A stretch of DNA of 64,000 bases from Tubulanus polymorphus (GCF_964204645.1 NC_134028.1:26780345-26844344), one strand, 5' to 3'; positions 28,241 to 41,770 are shown, counted from the stretch's first letter. Notes: a model not told the origin generated them from the sequence alone. Numbers and translations: made by a program.

Positions 28241-30811
28241 GATTTGAAGAGTAAACAGGGAGACATAGACATAGTATAACGAAAGTACTGAGTAATAGCA
28301 AGGAAAAAGTGTAACAAGGAGAGGAACTTGGTAAGGAGTGTTGTCCGTGGAGAAGTGAAACAGCGTACGCAGTTAGAAGTGATAGTGAATTGGGAATGAA
28401 TGGAAATGATAATGATATAAAGCTGGTTAGTAAAGACAGAGTGAATGAGATGAACACGGAGACGTGACGGAGAGTGAGTGAGAAGTGTAATCACGTTCAA
28501 TGATAAATAGTTATAGAAACTGATTGTGTTCTGAACAGGAACTGACATACCTGATCATTAGATTTAATGCGCAGGTAGAAAATGGATAAGATGTACAAAG
28601 AATATCGGAGGCTGTTTGAATCACATTTCTATTTCTGTTTTCCAGACGTGAACGAAAGGTTCGTAATATGAAATTACTGACTATCGTTTATTAGAGTTCA
28701 AAACGTTTCTAATGTGAATGTAAAACGATCTCTTAATGCAAAAGATTTTCTCTGTCGTCGAAGTCTTTTGGGAAACGTAAACCTTTCTTTCTGGTCATAT
28801 TACAATCCACTCAAAGGATCATTATTCAGCGTTTTGTTGGTATTCACCGACATAACGAAATATCGTAGAAAAGAAAGAGAAGAAAGTTTAAAAGTTTTGT
28901 AATTTGCAAAAAAAGTCGAAGTTTTAAACTGGTGGATGGAGTGGCACTAACGAAGCCACAATTTACGCTTAGGCATAAAGCTAATTTTCAGGACCTAATC
29001 AGCCAGAGTTTCAGAGAGCTTACAATCTATAGATATTACCTGCGTTCAGAGGCGCATGTGTTTTACAAAATTCAATTAACTAACGCGATTTATGTATAGA
29101 TCAATTTCCGACTGGTATAACGACAAAAAGCAAATTGCGCCGTGTGATGTCTGGGATACTCAACCTAAATCTCTGAAAATCGATTAACAACAAGGTGTTT
29201 TATAAGGTCTATCCACGGTGTATTATCTCAAACATTCCACTAATGAGATCCGCTTTTACGTAGACAACCTCGATACAACAACCGCCGTATTCAATCAGGA
29301 TTCCGATATTCAGGTGTCATTTAATGAAAAGATTTTTAATTTACCAAAAAGCTTTGATCGATTTCGGCTTTCAATAGGAACATTAAGACGTGTGAAAAAT
29401 GGTTAAACAATGACAATGGTTTACCATAATCTACCATGTATTTACAGGAAACTGCTCAGAAATACAATCTAAAAATCTCTTTTGGAAAATGCCCAGTTTT
29501 CGATCCCGGGCTACGGGTTTTTGGGGCGATCGCGTTGACCGCCCAACTTCGGTGAAATAGCCAAACCATATAGTCTTTATAACAGTCATCTGTATTTACA
29601 TAGAGATTACAACTGATTCCTTCAATGCGTTGTGATTGCGATGTGTTTTAAAATATTGAATGAATCAGCTTGTGTGTATTTTTACCAATTCGGGTTGGTT
29701 TTAGTACCCGGTATTCGGTATCGCGTGGTAAGGGATAATCATACAAAACATTGCTTAGCGCAGCAGCGCAATAAATGTCTTACTAGCGGGTGATATTGAA
29801 ACATGGGGCTCACAATTCATTATTGAATACAACCGAATCCAGACAGACTGGTTTCCCGAGTACAAAAACACACATATTTAGATTTAGCGTGTCCCGAGAA
29901 TAATCCCTTATCGGACGCTGCTTTGATTAAGCGCAGCAGTTCGACCTGTCGCTGCAGGAGGAACTTTTATTGTCTTAACGATAACAAAGGCAGAAAAGAT
30001 GAGACAGTTGTTCTAAGGCGCTCGGCATTTATTTGATCACCTCTACACAAATAGGATTAAAGACACTTTTTACAACGAGACTGCAATAGATGTTCAATTC
30101 GTTCTGATGGAGATGTTTATCCAGTAAAGGATATCCACCCACTCCTCTGTGGATTTCCGCTCGTCGAGTGGATACCTACTCCTTTATTGAAGTCTACATG
30201 GTGAAAAAGCACTCGTTTAGGCCTACTTAGGATCCACTGCGTTATCGAGAATAATACCAGGGGCGGATCACGCGATCAATATTGAGGGTAGCACAACTTA
30301 TTAAAAGGGCATCATCTACTGCAAACGAAGGGGTACTTTACTTTTGATGATTAACTGCTTTTTGGTGAAATTTCCTAGCAATAAATGAAGCGCTTTCTAG
30401 ATTTTTTACTGCATTAAGATGTAGTTTCCAGGCAATGAAGAAGAAATCCTGAAGATTGTTGTGACTTTTTGTTGAAAATTATTGCCTAGTCTTGTGGACA
30501 TGTGCTCTTTTCTACTTTTGGAACTGATTGGCACGACTAAAAGTGTCCTTTAAAAAAAACGAAAAAAAGGACACGGGATTTTTGGTATCATGTGTCTTTA
30601 GTCGTACAGTCGTAACTTCAGACCAAGAGTGGTCTTAAATCTTAAGACTAATCTTACGTTAGATTGGCTATAGAACCGATATCGTCTTAGATTGGTCCAA
30701 GGTATAATCCATGACTGGTAAAACTGGACCCAGTTTTCACAATGAAAGGATGAATGTATAATCAAAATGGTCATACGTCATGATTTTAAACATATATATA
30801 TATATTTTCAG

Positions 30812-31336
30812 ATAGTGAAGATGATGATGACGATTGTAATAATCTACGCGCTGTGTTGGTTACCAGTACACACGGTAACACTTGCCGGAGACGCCAATCC
30901 TAATCTGTACCACCAGAGTGGTATGAACGTTGTCTGGGTCCTGGCTAACTGGCTATCAATGAGTAACAGTTGTTATAACCCGATTGTTTATTGGTGGATG
31001 AATAAAAAATTCAGAGCCGGATTTCGACACGTTTATCGTTGTTTGCCATGTTGCCGCGCGACGCAGTCCGATAAGGATACAATCTACTCGGGATACAACC
31101 CGCCGTCAACGGCAACCTACGTCACCAGCATCCGAGTGACCAATAGCGTTCGAGATCCGCTCGCCAGCCGATCACGTGTCCTACGGCCCACCTATAACGA
31201 CGAGGCTGGCAAGAGCGGCTTAGTTGCGACGCATGACGTCACAGTACAGATGAAAAACATTCCTGCTCCTGTAAATTCCAGAGAAAATGTCAATGGTTAT
31301 CGACGAGCGCCCTCTCCCGCCGTATCCGAGGACTAA
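30812..31336 (+). CDS. Luqin/RYamide receptor-like GPCR, coding exon 2 (TM6, TM7, C-terminal tail); spliced product 429 aa
   Basis: Acceptor TTTTCAG|ATA (AG 30810-30811) joins in frame to give SKRK|IVKMMM. CWLP in TM6, NSCYNPIVY in TM7, helix 8 MNKKFRAGF, candidate palmitoylation CLPCC, Ser/Thr-rich tail. TAA at 31334-31336. Confidence 0.93.
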   Translation: MVKMMMTIVIIYALCWLPVHTVTLAGDANPNLYHQSGMNVVWVLANWLSMSNSCYNPIVYWWMNKKFRAGFRHVYRCLPCCRATQSDKDTIYSGYNPPSTATYVTSIRVTNSVRDPLASRSRVLRPTYNDEAGKSGLVATHDVTVQMKNIPAPVNSRENVNGYRRAPSPAVSED

Positions 31337-31519
31337 ATCTATATTCAAAATAATGGTGAAACAAAATGCTTTTCTCATGAAGTGCTTTTTATGTCGCTAT
31401 AGTCTGTTTAAGCTGACACTATCGGATTGTAAAAGCGTGTATGAACAAATAGGTAACGCTTAAGTTTACCTTATATAATACAGAAACGGCGAGCGCTGAA
31501 TACTTTAGAAGGTTTACCC

Positions 31520-32070
31520 TACGTAAATAAACCACAAAATTATACAAAAAAATTCTTTTGCCATAATCTATTGTATCATAATCATCATGAAAAAATTAGA
31601 CTTCTTTTTGTTGTGCATCGATGCGAAAGTGAAAAATCGTGATTTTGCTCGGACAAAAAAAAATAATTATTTTATGTAAAACATATTTTGATATGAACTA
31701 AGTAGTGGTCATTTAGCTTTAAAACATGAAAACTAATTAAAAATGCTTTTCAATAATTCACCCAACTGTGTTAAAACGTGTGCAAAATATATAGGGTCTA
31801 TAGATGTGTATAAATGTTAGATTCATCCAAAAATGAAATAGTTTTATTTAAGTCCATATGTTGATTTAAAGTATTTCCCTGTTTAATCTCACGAATCGAA
31901 CTTGTAATTAATAAATCCCGAATCGTATTTGGGTCAAAATACGATTAATGTTGATTTTAATATTTATTTTCTGAAAATACTAACGAAATAAAGTTACTAA
32001 TAAATGAATACGTTTTCCTACTAACTCGAAAAGTGTTTTTTTAATGGTTTATTTTCTTCTTTTTCTCAAT
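31520..32070 (+). terminator. AT-rich 3' UTR with clustered polyadenylation signals
   Basis: AATAAA at 31526 and near 31910, 31987 and 31998, followed by a GT/T-rich tract at about 32033-32065. Confidence 0.5.
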
Positions 32071-35000
32071 CAGTAACAATATGTTATACCGCAACCTACT
32101 CCGAGTAGCTGATAATTGTATTATAACACATCTCTGATTGAAGCAGAGCTCGGGATATCTTATTAACGAAATATGCAACTAGTCGATATTCACGGCGACA
32201 GCGTGAACTGGGAAGATGAAAGGTAAATAATCGAGTTTCGTGTTGTTGATATCTGTCCAAAATCTGAAATCTTCACAGCTTCACAGCTTCACAAACTGAT
32301 ATTCTCCATGACACATGTTCAAGTCCAAGTTCAAATTCATTTCATGGAAAAATGACTTTACCAAAAGATTTTTAGAGGAAAAAACGCAAACAAACGATAA
32401 CATTTACAATGGAAAATGAATTTACCAAACATACGATAGCCATGTTTACATACAAACTCCATAAATCTCATATTAATAAGGAAATATTAGATTGTTTCGC
32501 ACGCAGTGCCACACGGCATTCCGGGCTTTAGTATTAAAAAACCCTGCGACCAGCAAACAATAATCATTACCTCAATAAACAAAGCACCGACGCTACTGAG
32601 AAGGCAGTGAAACTAACAGGTCCGTAATTTCCGGGTTTATCAGTGAGCTGTCAGAAAAATAAAGACAATAGGAAAATGTGGCGAAGGACTGAGGCTGTCG
32701 TTATTGAATTCTGATTGGATCGTGAAACGGATTTCATCTCGTCTCATGACGCGTATATTGCCCGACGTGAAAACTAGATTTAAGGATTTGTGTCGCGTAG
32801 AGTTGAATAATTAATGAGATAGAACGGTTTACGGCGTCTATTGCGACTAACCAGTTTTCTAATAAGATCGTTATTATATTAAGTATTCAACGAAATAGAA
32901 TAGAATTTCTTTCACCGATTCAGTAAGAATATTAATACGATATCGTGACTCATGCTTTACGGTGCACCTAATTTATGATCGATTGAGTTGATCCTAAGCC
33001 CCAATTGCGCATTCCTGAGTTAATTCTAAGTTCTGATATTAGCTATGGTACCAAAATGAGTTTAGAACATGTTTCAAGTTGTTTGATTAGCCATAGGATC
33101 AAAATCAGCTTGATATCAAGTTCTTCGATTGGTTTTAAAACCAAAAATATCTTCCTTAGTTTAGAACTAGGTTGAAGAAACAAAATAGGATTAGAATCGG
33201 TTGCAGAATTTAGACTGGTCTTGAATTATAGGATTGCTTCGGTGAATCATAATAAGCTTAGACTTGGTTTTACGATTAAAATGAATAGACGGCTTATTAA
33301 ACGAGTTTAGGATTGGCACTCGTTAACTGCAATTCTCTGGAATATAGACAAATTAAAGTTATTTCAGGCTCAACGTCAATATCTAGCTGTTTGGTTTTTA
33401 TTTCCCCGGAAGAATTTTTTTTACTATCGATGAAAACAATGTCAACAAGTCATATCAATCAAATCTACAATATTCAGACGAATGTCACGCTACGTGTTTT
33501 TGCTTTCATGCGCTTCGATTGACAATATTTCACGGATGGTTTTACTGTTTTCTACTCCTCTCGAGATAAGACCATTTTCTCCTTTACACAATGCACACTT
33601 TCCCGATAAAACAGATTTATGACCGCATTAACAATCGGCTGGCTGTCGCGCGTTTCACATATTAAAATAGTCTCACGTAAAACTATTCAATTTTCATCGC
33701 ATCGGTAAATCAGAGTTCAAACCATCATTTATCTAACCACTATCTAAATTTTACCGCAAAATCGAATTCGATTTTCGATTATTTTTCATCGTGGGTTCAA
33801 CACAACTAATCGTATATCTATGAAAGGCGCCTCTTTTTAATAATCATTTATTAACAACAAAATATTACGAAATAAAAAAAATCTAAATTATCTTTGAAAT
33901 GTTTTTCGTTGGAACGAAAAAAGAATTCGCCACAATATAAATTATATGATCAGGGATTCTTATAGTTTTTGCCCGACTTAAATTCGGAACTATAGATCAG
34001 TTGCTCCAGTTAACCCGATTATAACTGACGATTGAGATTGGTTATAAAGTTATCCTAATTATTGTGGAAATTATTGTTAAGTTGTGGAAGATTACCCAGT
34101 TAACAATTCAGTTTTTAATGGCATTATGTCTCAGTTGTAGACTGACTAACATAAACCAGTTTCAATAGTCACTATAGCCGTTGAAGACTGGTTTACGCTA
34201 ACCAGCTTTAATTGTCACTAAGTCAATCGACTGAGGTTAATTTCCACTTTGATTTTGAGAAACTCGATCTTAACCAAAACTTGTCTTTTTTAATTTGCTT
34301 TCGCATTCTTGTGATTCGATTAGTTATACGCGGTATAAACCATGACCTAGTCGCTATAGTTTCCGTACTTGTCGATGACGTCACGATCTCGACAATCGAT
34401 TCATGATGATCCTGCCATCTGACACGACGAAGAAGATAAGGAGTTAATTAGTAGTAATTGTAATTACTAGAACGCAGCCGGTGTAGCCTGCATTGTAACG
34501 GTTTTATTGCATGCTGGCAGGAATTGTTGTAAGATCCGTAGCCGCTGAATTGCTATATTTCATGTAGCGGTAATGATCAGCTTAGCGCATGACCGCCACA
34601 AAGCGCGCCATACGATAAGAACATAATCTGTGATTTCTGATAAAAAATCATCTGAGAAAGGTCGAAGCTATCCCTCAAGGTCACCTCGAATGGCATGAGC
34701 TACCGGCATAAAAATGTTGAAAGCTTTCTTTCCGCCGCTGGTATTTGAATCCCAGCCCATCACTAATATCTTTCAAGACTGTCTATTTGACTCGAGGGAG
34801 GTTATTCCGTTTCCTGAGGACTAATGCTTTCATTATAACTACTAACACCGATATTCCAGTGGGAAATTCAAATCATGCTTTCGAAAGGAAGGATTCAAGT
34901 GCATCTGTTATTGTCTGTCTTTCTATTCACACAAAAAAAATGTTTGGAAAGTTGCTGTGCAATGTTTCAATCAGGAGGCGTAGCTGGTTACGTGACACTG

Positions 35001-38000
35001 TATCTAGGCCCGGGTATACACTTTTTTGGCCAAGTTATCATTTTCAAAAACACCTCAATTCAAATTCATATATATGCTGGGTGAGTTTAAGAGTCTTGAT
35101 TTACTACGTTTGCTAATACTTGTGTTTTATTGTGATAATGAAATAATAGGCCTAGATTCATATATGTAGATGTGCAACTTTTAATCCTTGTTTATAATGC
35201 GCTAATCTAAACAATCAAGTCCTTACAACCGATCTATTTAACAACTTCAAACTAAACCAGTCTTACCATCTAAACTCCATTCGGAGGAGTTCAGTCAAGA
35301 CTGTGCTTATCAAATACAAATTGTCTCTAGGACTGGCAATGAATCAAAGGCGAAACTATAAATGACACAAGATCACTTTTAGGAAAATTTTGTGATTCTA
35401 AAACCAATGCAACACTTTAAAAACCAAGTTTTCATTGTATTAAGGGACCGATTCTTCGACTTAAGTCGTGATTGTACACTTTAGTGGAGAATGGGCTCAA
35501 TATGTGGAAACTCGGTAATGTTTTGGCGATGTATTGGACATTATAAGCACATGTGACGCGGCGGGCAGTGATTGATCAGGAGGGTCCACGGAAGCGTGAA
35601 CTCGTGCGAGTGAGTTACTCGACAATTAGATCACGCCGGCATTCCGACCGTATGCCGCTGCTCCACCGGTCTACCGACAAACAAAGAGCAAAACTGACCG
35701 AGCGAATAACGCATCATGCAGACTGGAAACCAGTTTGATGCCAATTATATTTTCAGAGTCACAGCGGGGCTGATGGATGCGGCAAGTTCTTCCTCACTGC
35801 GCTATTCAAATAATGCTGTTTGCAGCATAATTTTGGTTTATCAGACTTATCGCCAAGCAGGAAATGTAGAACTGACAAAAACCCACTGCGACTATTCGAT
35901 TCATTTAGCTAAACTATCGAATTCCCCTGCACCAAGTTGACCACGAGTAACTCCAGGCTCATGGGCAACTCGGTACCGGGGGTTTTACGATTGTTTGGTC
36001 AGTCCGTTGTTCCAAGATTTGTCTAAGTTGTTATAGGCCATAACCTCGCAGCTGGTCCAAATCATTAAAACTATAATTAGAAATTATCATTAGAACAAGC
36101 GGCAGATATTCGTAATAAACACAAAACTCTTGACTTGATTTTCGTATTCAACAGATTTGCCATCATCTCAAAATCAACTGCTTTACGCCCAAAAAACCAT
36201 GCAGCAAATCTTTTGAATTATGTTATTTACTATTTAAAGAAAGCTCCAGTGAATCGAAATCGTCAGTGCAAATATTGTTCATGCACGACTGGCGTGTGAA
36301 GAATACCGATTATTCCAGACTCGTCTACGAGAAATCATCGCCACCTTAGCTGCAGCAGCTGAATTCAAACTAAGACGTTTAGATAATATTTAATCGCATC
36401 TGCAGAGAAAACACTGGTGTGTGTCCTGTACAGATAAACACTCAATGACGCGATGACGTATTGAGTATGGGCCACTGTGGGGATGATATGCGCATATTTT
36501 CATCACGGTTGAGTCCACGTAGGGAGTAAATTGCATCAAGCCGGTCAGCGGCCCCTTCAATGGTGCCACGCATGCGGTCTCTCGTTGCTAAATGAGCCTT
36601 TTTACAGTTTCCAGACGCTATGTTTTTTTGCGTACCCACTGGTACTGCATTGTACAATCTTTTATCTGCGCTTTTCCAATCGAATTTTGTTCTTTTCTTT
36701 TTTTTTTCGTTCATATCTCCGAATTGCATGTCGATTTGTAGGAACGGAGCTTAAATATCAATCAAAAATGACACAACATTTCCTTGTTTTTTTTTTTTAC
36801 TCATTCATAAACAAACTGCGACAATGCGCACTATAGATATAAACATTGATATCGTATTCCCGATAATTTGCATTATTGCTCTTGTATAATTCTGGCAAAT
36901 TGTAAAATACATTTTTTCTAAAAACAGGATCAACACGCACCTACCTAGCCCATTGTGTATATTTTTATGCTTTTTTCAATTTCTAATAATCATATATTTA
37001 GTTTATGCGTAAGCCGTGTCAATGAGTCAAACTTCACAAGTTTTCTCACACATATCTGTCGCGTATATCTAACGTCACGACATTTCACCAGTCCCTCCAT
37101 TGTTTCTTTCCTGACAGTACGGCATAAAAACCTGAAAACTTGTAGTGATTGGTGGAGGTACAATTTTTACGATTATTTGATCAGTTTGATGACCGTTAAC
37201 CTGTGGTGACTAGTCAGTTGTGGCAACTCTATTTCCTAACAACGCCCCACGTACCATTCCCTGAATACAAGGTTTCTCATCAACTTATCGTCTGTAAAGT
37301 TGTATTCTCACAGAAGTGGTGACTAGAAGATGTCCGCTGCAGTACCGCGACACACTGACGAATCGACGACGACGCAATTCGATTCGATCGTTTCATTTCT
37401 GAAAATTGAATGCGCGCATTAATGCATCAATTCACTGGAATAAAACGTACGGGAACTGAATGCAATTAACAAGGGATTTCAGATTGAATTTTCAATTTTC
37501 ACACACCAAAGATGCTGACAGCATCATTGTCGGCAGTTTGACATTTCAACGATTAATTTCTTCGCCATTCAGCGGCGGCGGTTTTTATTGTGTATCGCGA
37601 ATATTGAGATGTATATCTATTTTTCTATGTAGTTATAACTATCTTCTTTACAAATACATATTACATATTCAAACACTACCCAGGCTTTAACGGGCTTATA
37701 AGTCACCAATATTATATCAATTAGATATATGTATAAATGGAATCAAGTGTCAAAATTGTTCAATCAATATTTAAAGTAATTTGAAGTTAAAAAGAAATAT
37801 CCTGTTATAATTAACCGATGGATATCGAATTTCATTGGTTGCTCGAACAGATTTCAGTTTTCAGACTACACCGGCGATCATTGGTTGGCCAGATCGATTT
37901 GTATTTGCCACAGCCGATAAGGGAAGAGCATCCGATATTCTCAGCGTATTTTATTACCTAAACAAATAAATCACGAGATGAAATTTCCGGCATCGCAGAT

Positions 38001-39427
38001 AAAACTGCCACAGTTCGATTATCGAAAAGCTCAATGTACATAAGTCGAGTGACATCCTCTGACTATCAATTGCCAATAGCCATTTCCGAAAAGTAAACTC
38101 CAGCTTTACTCGTAAAATTTGAAATTCGTTTTATCTGAGGATCCCAAGGACTTTCGGCTCAACTCCATTATCTATAACATAATTTCTTATTCATAAGGGA
38201 TGCATTCTTTTCAAAGATATACGAACGAATTCCGCCTCCCTCGTTCCCCACCCTCCACCTTTCTACCTCCTTTCCCCTCGATCATCTCCCTCCTCTCTTC
38301 TCTGAGCCCGTTCTCCTGTCAAAAATATTTTCTCAGATATTCTAACTTGAGGCATATGAAAACTGACACGGCTATCGATGTGGCAAGAACGAATCGGTTG
38401 TTGTTATTTCGTTTTGTTCACCTGACAAGGAATCAAAGTTCACGGTCACTGTCACATCCTACCGAATGATTGCTGAAGAATAGGAGACAATTACGAGAAG
38501 ATTGCAGAATCCTGTGTACTGCAAATACCGTGCATTAAATAACGGAAATTACAAACGAAATCAGTGATCTTTGTTGCGTGCGATCAGTCAGTGGTAGCTG
38601 CGCCTGTTGTTTACTGAATGAGCAGAAAATAAGGACGCTGTTTCTGGAGGTCATACACATGTCACCGGGGAAAAACAAATCATCCAAAAGATTAATATAT
38701 CATTAAAGAATGTAACATGTCACCAAAGAATATAACATGAATAACAATGAAGAGCTTGATAACCTCTTTCATATTTGATTCCGACCTAATACGTTGGGTA
38801 TAAATAGGGCAAGGGTGTAGGAACATATCCCACATGTTGGTTGTGATTCGGTTTTCATTTCACAGACCCATCGCCTGTAGACAGGTGACATGGTATACAG
38901 GATGAGTCGACGACCATCATCGACATCGAGTCATCCAGTCGATCAGTCGTCCAGTTTTCCAACAGTCACCCGGTCGACAAGTCAACAAGTCGTCATGTCA
39001 TCCAGTCATTCAGTCACCCAGTCGTCCAGTATACCATGCTATTTGCATGTGCTGTGTAGCGCGTCTGAATATAAAAATGTGGTTTGGCCTGAAACTAACC
39101 GGATTCTAAACATGGGTCAAAATCATATTTGAATATATTGCGTTATTTGAGAATTTTCCTAAACCTCCTTTATATATGTTATATATGTGGTACAAGGAAT
39201 TTGTGACGGGTGGTCCCCAGAATGACGACAGTGGACCGACGATTGGAAAAAGGCTTCGACACTACAAACCGTAAGTTATCGAACGTTTATTGCACGGTAA
39301 ACGGCAGCGATCGTTAATTTGAATTGATTCAATTTGAATTCATTCAATAAATATATTCATCTATTACATAAGATATCTAAATGTTTCACGGCAAATTAAG
39401 TTTTTTTTTTTCATTTTTAGGTTAATT

Positions 39428-40441
39428 TCATGGCGTTAAAGGCTTTTCCGTTACACAAGCCGAAGCCATTGTGGAAAGCGTTTTTCTGAAGTTTCTATCA
39501 AATATGACGTATATTAGGAAGTTTATACAGGAATTTAACGAAGTAGTAAAACTTCCTACAATATAGAACATCGGCCAGATCTCTGCACCGACGACTTGTT
39601 TAATTGTCTCAATGAAAATTTGGGGAAATTCTAATATCACATACGCCGAACACACGTATATGACAATGAGAGTCGCTTTCGTTTGGGAGTTGGATTTCGC
39701 ATCGCCACCAGGCGGCACTGTCGACGGTTGGTTCAGTAGTGACCGCCGGCGCCTCCTATTAACGGCGAGAAAAATTAACATGATTAAATCTGATAGCAAA
39801 GTCACGAGAATCGGTACTAGAGTGAAGGAATAACGTTTAGCGATCGCTGGAAATCCCTTTCCACTCGACATCACGTAGTTCAGACTGATGCACCGTGTGG
39901 TGATATATGTCGGTATGTTCACTATCCAGGCAGAAATAGTCAGCAGTAAAAATACAAAACTTATTAATGCGCTACACATAATTAAACGGCGCGGTGTGAT
40001 CACGATTCTGGCTTTTAACGGAAATGCTATGATAAACAGGCGTTCGATTTGAATTAAAACAGTTACCCAGTTACGAGTGGCGTTCAGCGTACCGTTCGGT
40101 GTCATTAATGCACGATCTATGCGTGGAAAAATCTGATTATTATGTAAACCAAAAACATGTCTTCCGTATATGAGGCGAAACGCTAAAAATCTTAGTGATG
40201 TCTTGGGCAGCTTGTTTATTAAGAACGCGGTCTCGACGATAGCCAGGATCCATAATGCGTTAACGGAACGGCGCGCTTTACGCAGATGACCCAATACGAC
40301 AACCGTTATGACGTTCAGAATGATACCGATAACGCATAGTGGACCCATTCCGTAAACCTTCACATGATAACGAACGTAATTTATCGGTATAAACTTCGGT
40401 TCAGGACACAACCATACCGTCACCGAGCTGTTGTTCGCCAT
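39428..40441 (-). CDS. Intronless orphan class A GPCR, FMRFamide-receptor/Srw-like (candidate peptide receptor or chemoreceptor), 337 aa
   Basis: Uninterrupted ORF. First ATG at 40441 (MANNSSV, with an N-glycosylation sequon); the track start 40552 is TTG. Seven hydrophobic segments: GIILNVITVVVL, LAIVE, RNWVTVLIQIERLFIIAFPL, TM4, VPILVTLLSDLIM, ILEFP, LNSCINFLIY, then helix 8 FRKTL. Minus-strand AATAAA at 39286-39291. Confidence 0.88.
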   Translation of the reverse strand: MANNSSVTVWLCPEPKFIPINYVRYHVKVYGMGPLCVIGIILNVITVVVLGHLRKARRSVNALWILAIVETAFLINKLPKTSLRFLAFRLIYGRHVFGLHNNQIFPRIDRALMTPNGTLNATRNWVTVLIQIERLFIIAFPLKARIVITPRRLIMCSALISFVFLLLTISAWIVNIPTYITTRCISLNYVMSSGKGFPAIAKRYSFTLVPILVTLLSDLIMLIFLAVNRRRRRSLLNQPSTVPPGGDAKSNSQTKATLIVIYVCSAYVILEFPQIFIETIKQVVGAEIWPMFYIVGSFTTSLNSCINFLIYVIFDRNFRKTLSTMASACVTEKPLTP

Positions 40442-41664
40442 TCCGGTCTCTTCTGGTTTGGCATCAAATACTGCATTTCGATTCAGCGTTTCAACATAAA
40501 ATGAATCCCTCGCAATGTGTCCCACGAAGATCGAATCAAATTCATTTGACAAATTGAATTAAGTGATAATGTGGCGACTACACATTTGCAATGCCTAATA
40601 TGATTATATACCTATTTATTGCTAGAAGAATGTTAATGGTTTTCTATCTAACTTTCCGTTACCATTCGAGGTATAGTTTTGTTCGTGTTAGGTCGGATTT
40701 GCATTTCAACATTTGCACAAATATTAATTTACATAGAAATATAATAAAGGCGGCGAAAATTCATGAAAAATATATAATGCCTTTAGTCATATGTAGAGTG
40801 AGTATTTTGGAGGATTCAGTACTAAAGGAGTACGTGACTCGATATGTTTTTTGGGGGGGGGGGGAGGGGACGGGGCCAAGATGCTGTTATTTCCAATTAT
40901 CGACATGAAAACTGGTCGACAATTCGGGAAGAATTTCGGCGTTTTTTCCTAGAGGTCAAACACATGGCTCCAGAGAAAACATTTCTCCAGAGAATAATAT
41001 ATCCATTTTGTTGGATGAAAAGCAGGTTAGTTTCGGCGGCCGAAACTATACCCGTTTGGAAGGCCATTTAGAAGGTTGATGAGTATAGTATATATCATTT
41101 TGGTGCAACAATCACATATTGGGAAAGTTTGGGTCATTCGACCGGAAATGCATTGGTCGTGTCGTCACGTGATGTGACGTAGCCGCATAGCAATGCAACC
41201 TCTTGAACCATTTGCGCAACTTTTTCCCGGGGTTCAAACAATTATGAGTTCAACACAGCGATAAAATGTATAAGAAATACAATCAGATACTAGATTTCAA
41301 GCGTCGATTTGCGGCATCTATTTCGGTATTTAAAGATTTAGATTCCGAGGCACTTAGAGTGAAATTCACCTCGGGATTAAAACGCAAACGATATTCCATT
41401 TCACCGAGTCGAAACCACTCTCCATTTCAGCGGTTTTATTCTAATGTGAATTCTTCTAAATGAAGGATTAGCTTTTCGCAATAAATCATGAGAATTTTTT
41501 AGTGCGAATAATATTTCTCTCGAATCCCCAGCCGTCGTCATGACTTCTATCTTATAAATCAAGGTGTCAACTAACAATTTTATTTTCAAGTTGAACACGA
41601 TAAGAAAAAAGCTCAGCTAACACAGAGCTGATATTTACACTTTTAAATCTACCTCAGTATTCAG

Positions 41665-41770
41665 GATCCAGTTCCACAGTTCTGAGTTCAATTTGACAAC
41701 AGTTTATACATTGAAAAGAACTGATTTTAACTCAAGAGTTAACTCTAACTCACAACTGTGAAACTGGGCC
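41665..41770. mobile_element. Harbinger-like MITE (GGCCCAGTTCCACAGTT family)
   Basis: TIRs GATCCAGTTCCACAGTTCTGAGTT / AACTCACAACTGTGAAACTGGGCC, with a CAG duplication on both sides. Related copies at about 18408, 26192 and 45394. Confidence 0.75.

Larger units (their letters stand above)
18382..30811 (+). other. 12,430-bp GT-AG intron of the luqin/RYamide receptor-like gene
   Basis: Canonical donor and acceptor; joining them gives a complete 7TM protein with no missing segment. Confidence 0.88.

Noticed and set aside
34875-35084. ATG ORF with a signal-peptide-like start ending at a GTGAGT donor, faintly resembling a Cu/Zn SOD N-terminus
   Set aside because: No metal-binding His motifs and no convincing downstream exons; the resemblance is too weak.
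40442-40552. 37-codon N-terminal extension of the orphan GPCR
   Set aside because: Starts at TTG; the ATG at 40441 gives a normal short glycosylated N-terminus.
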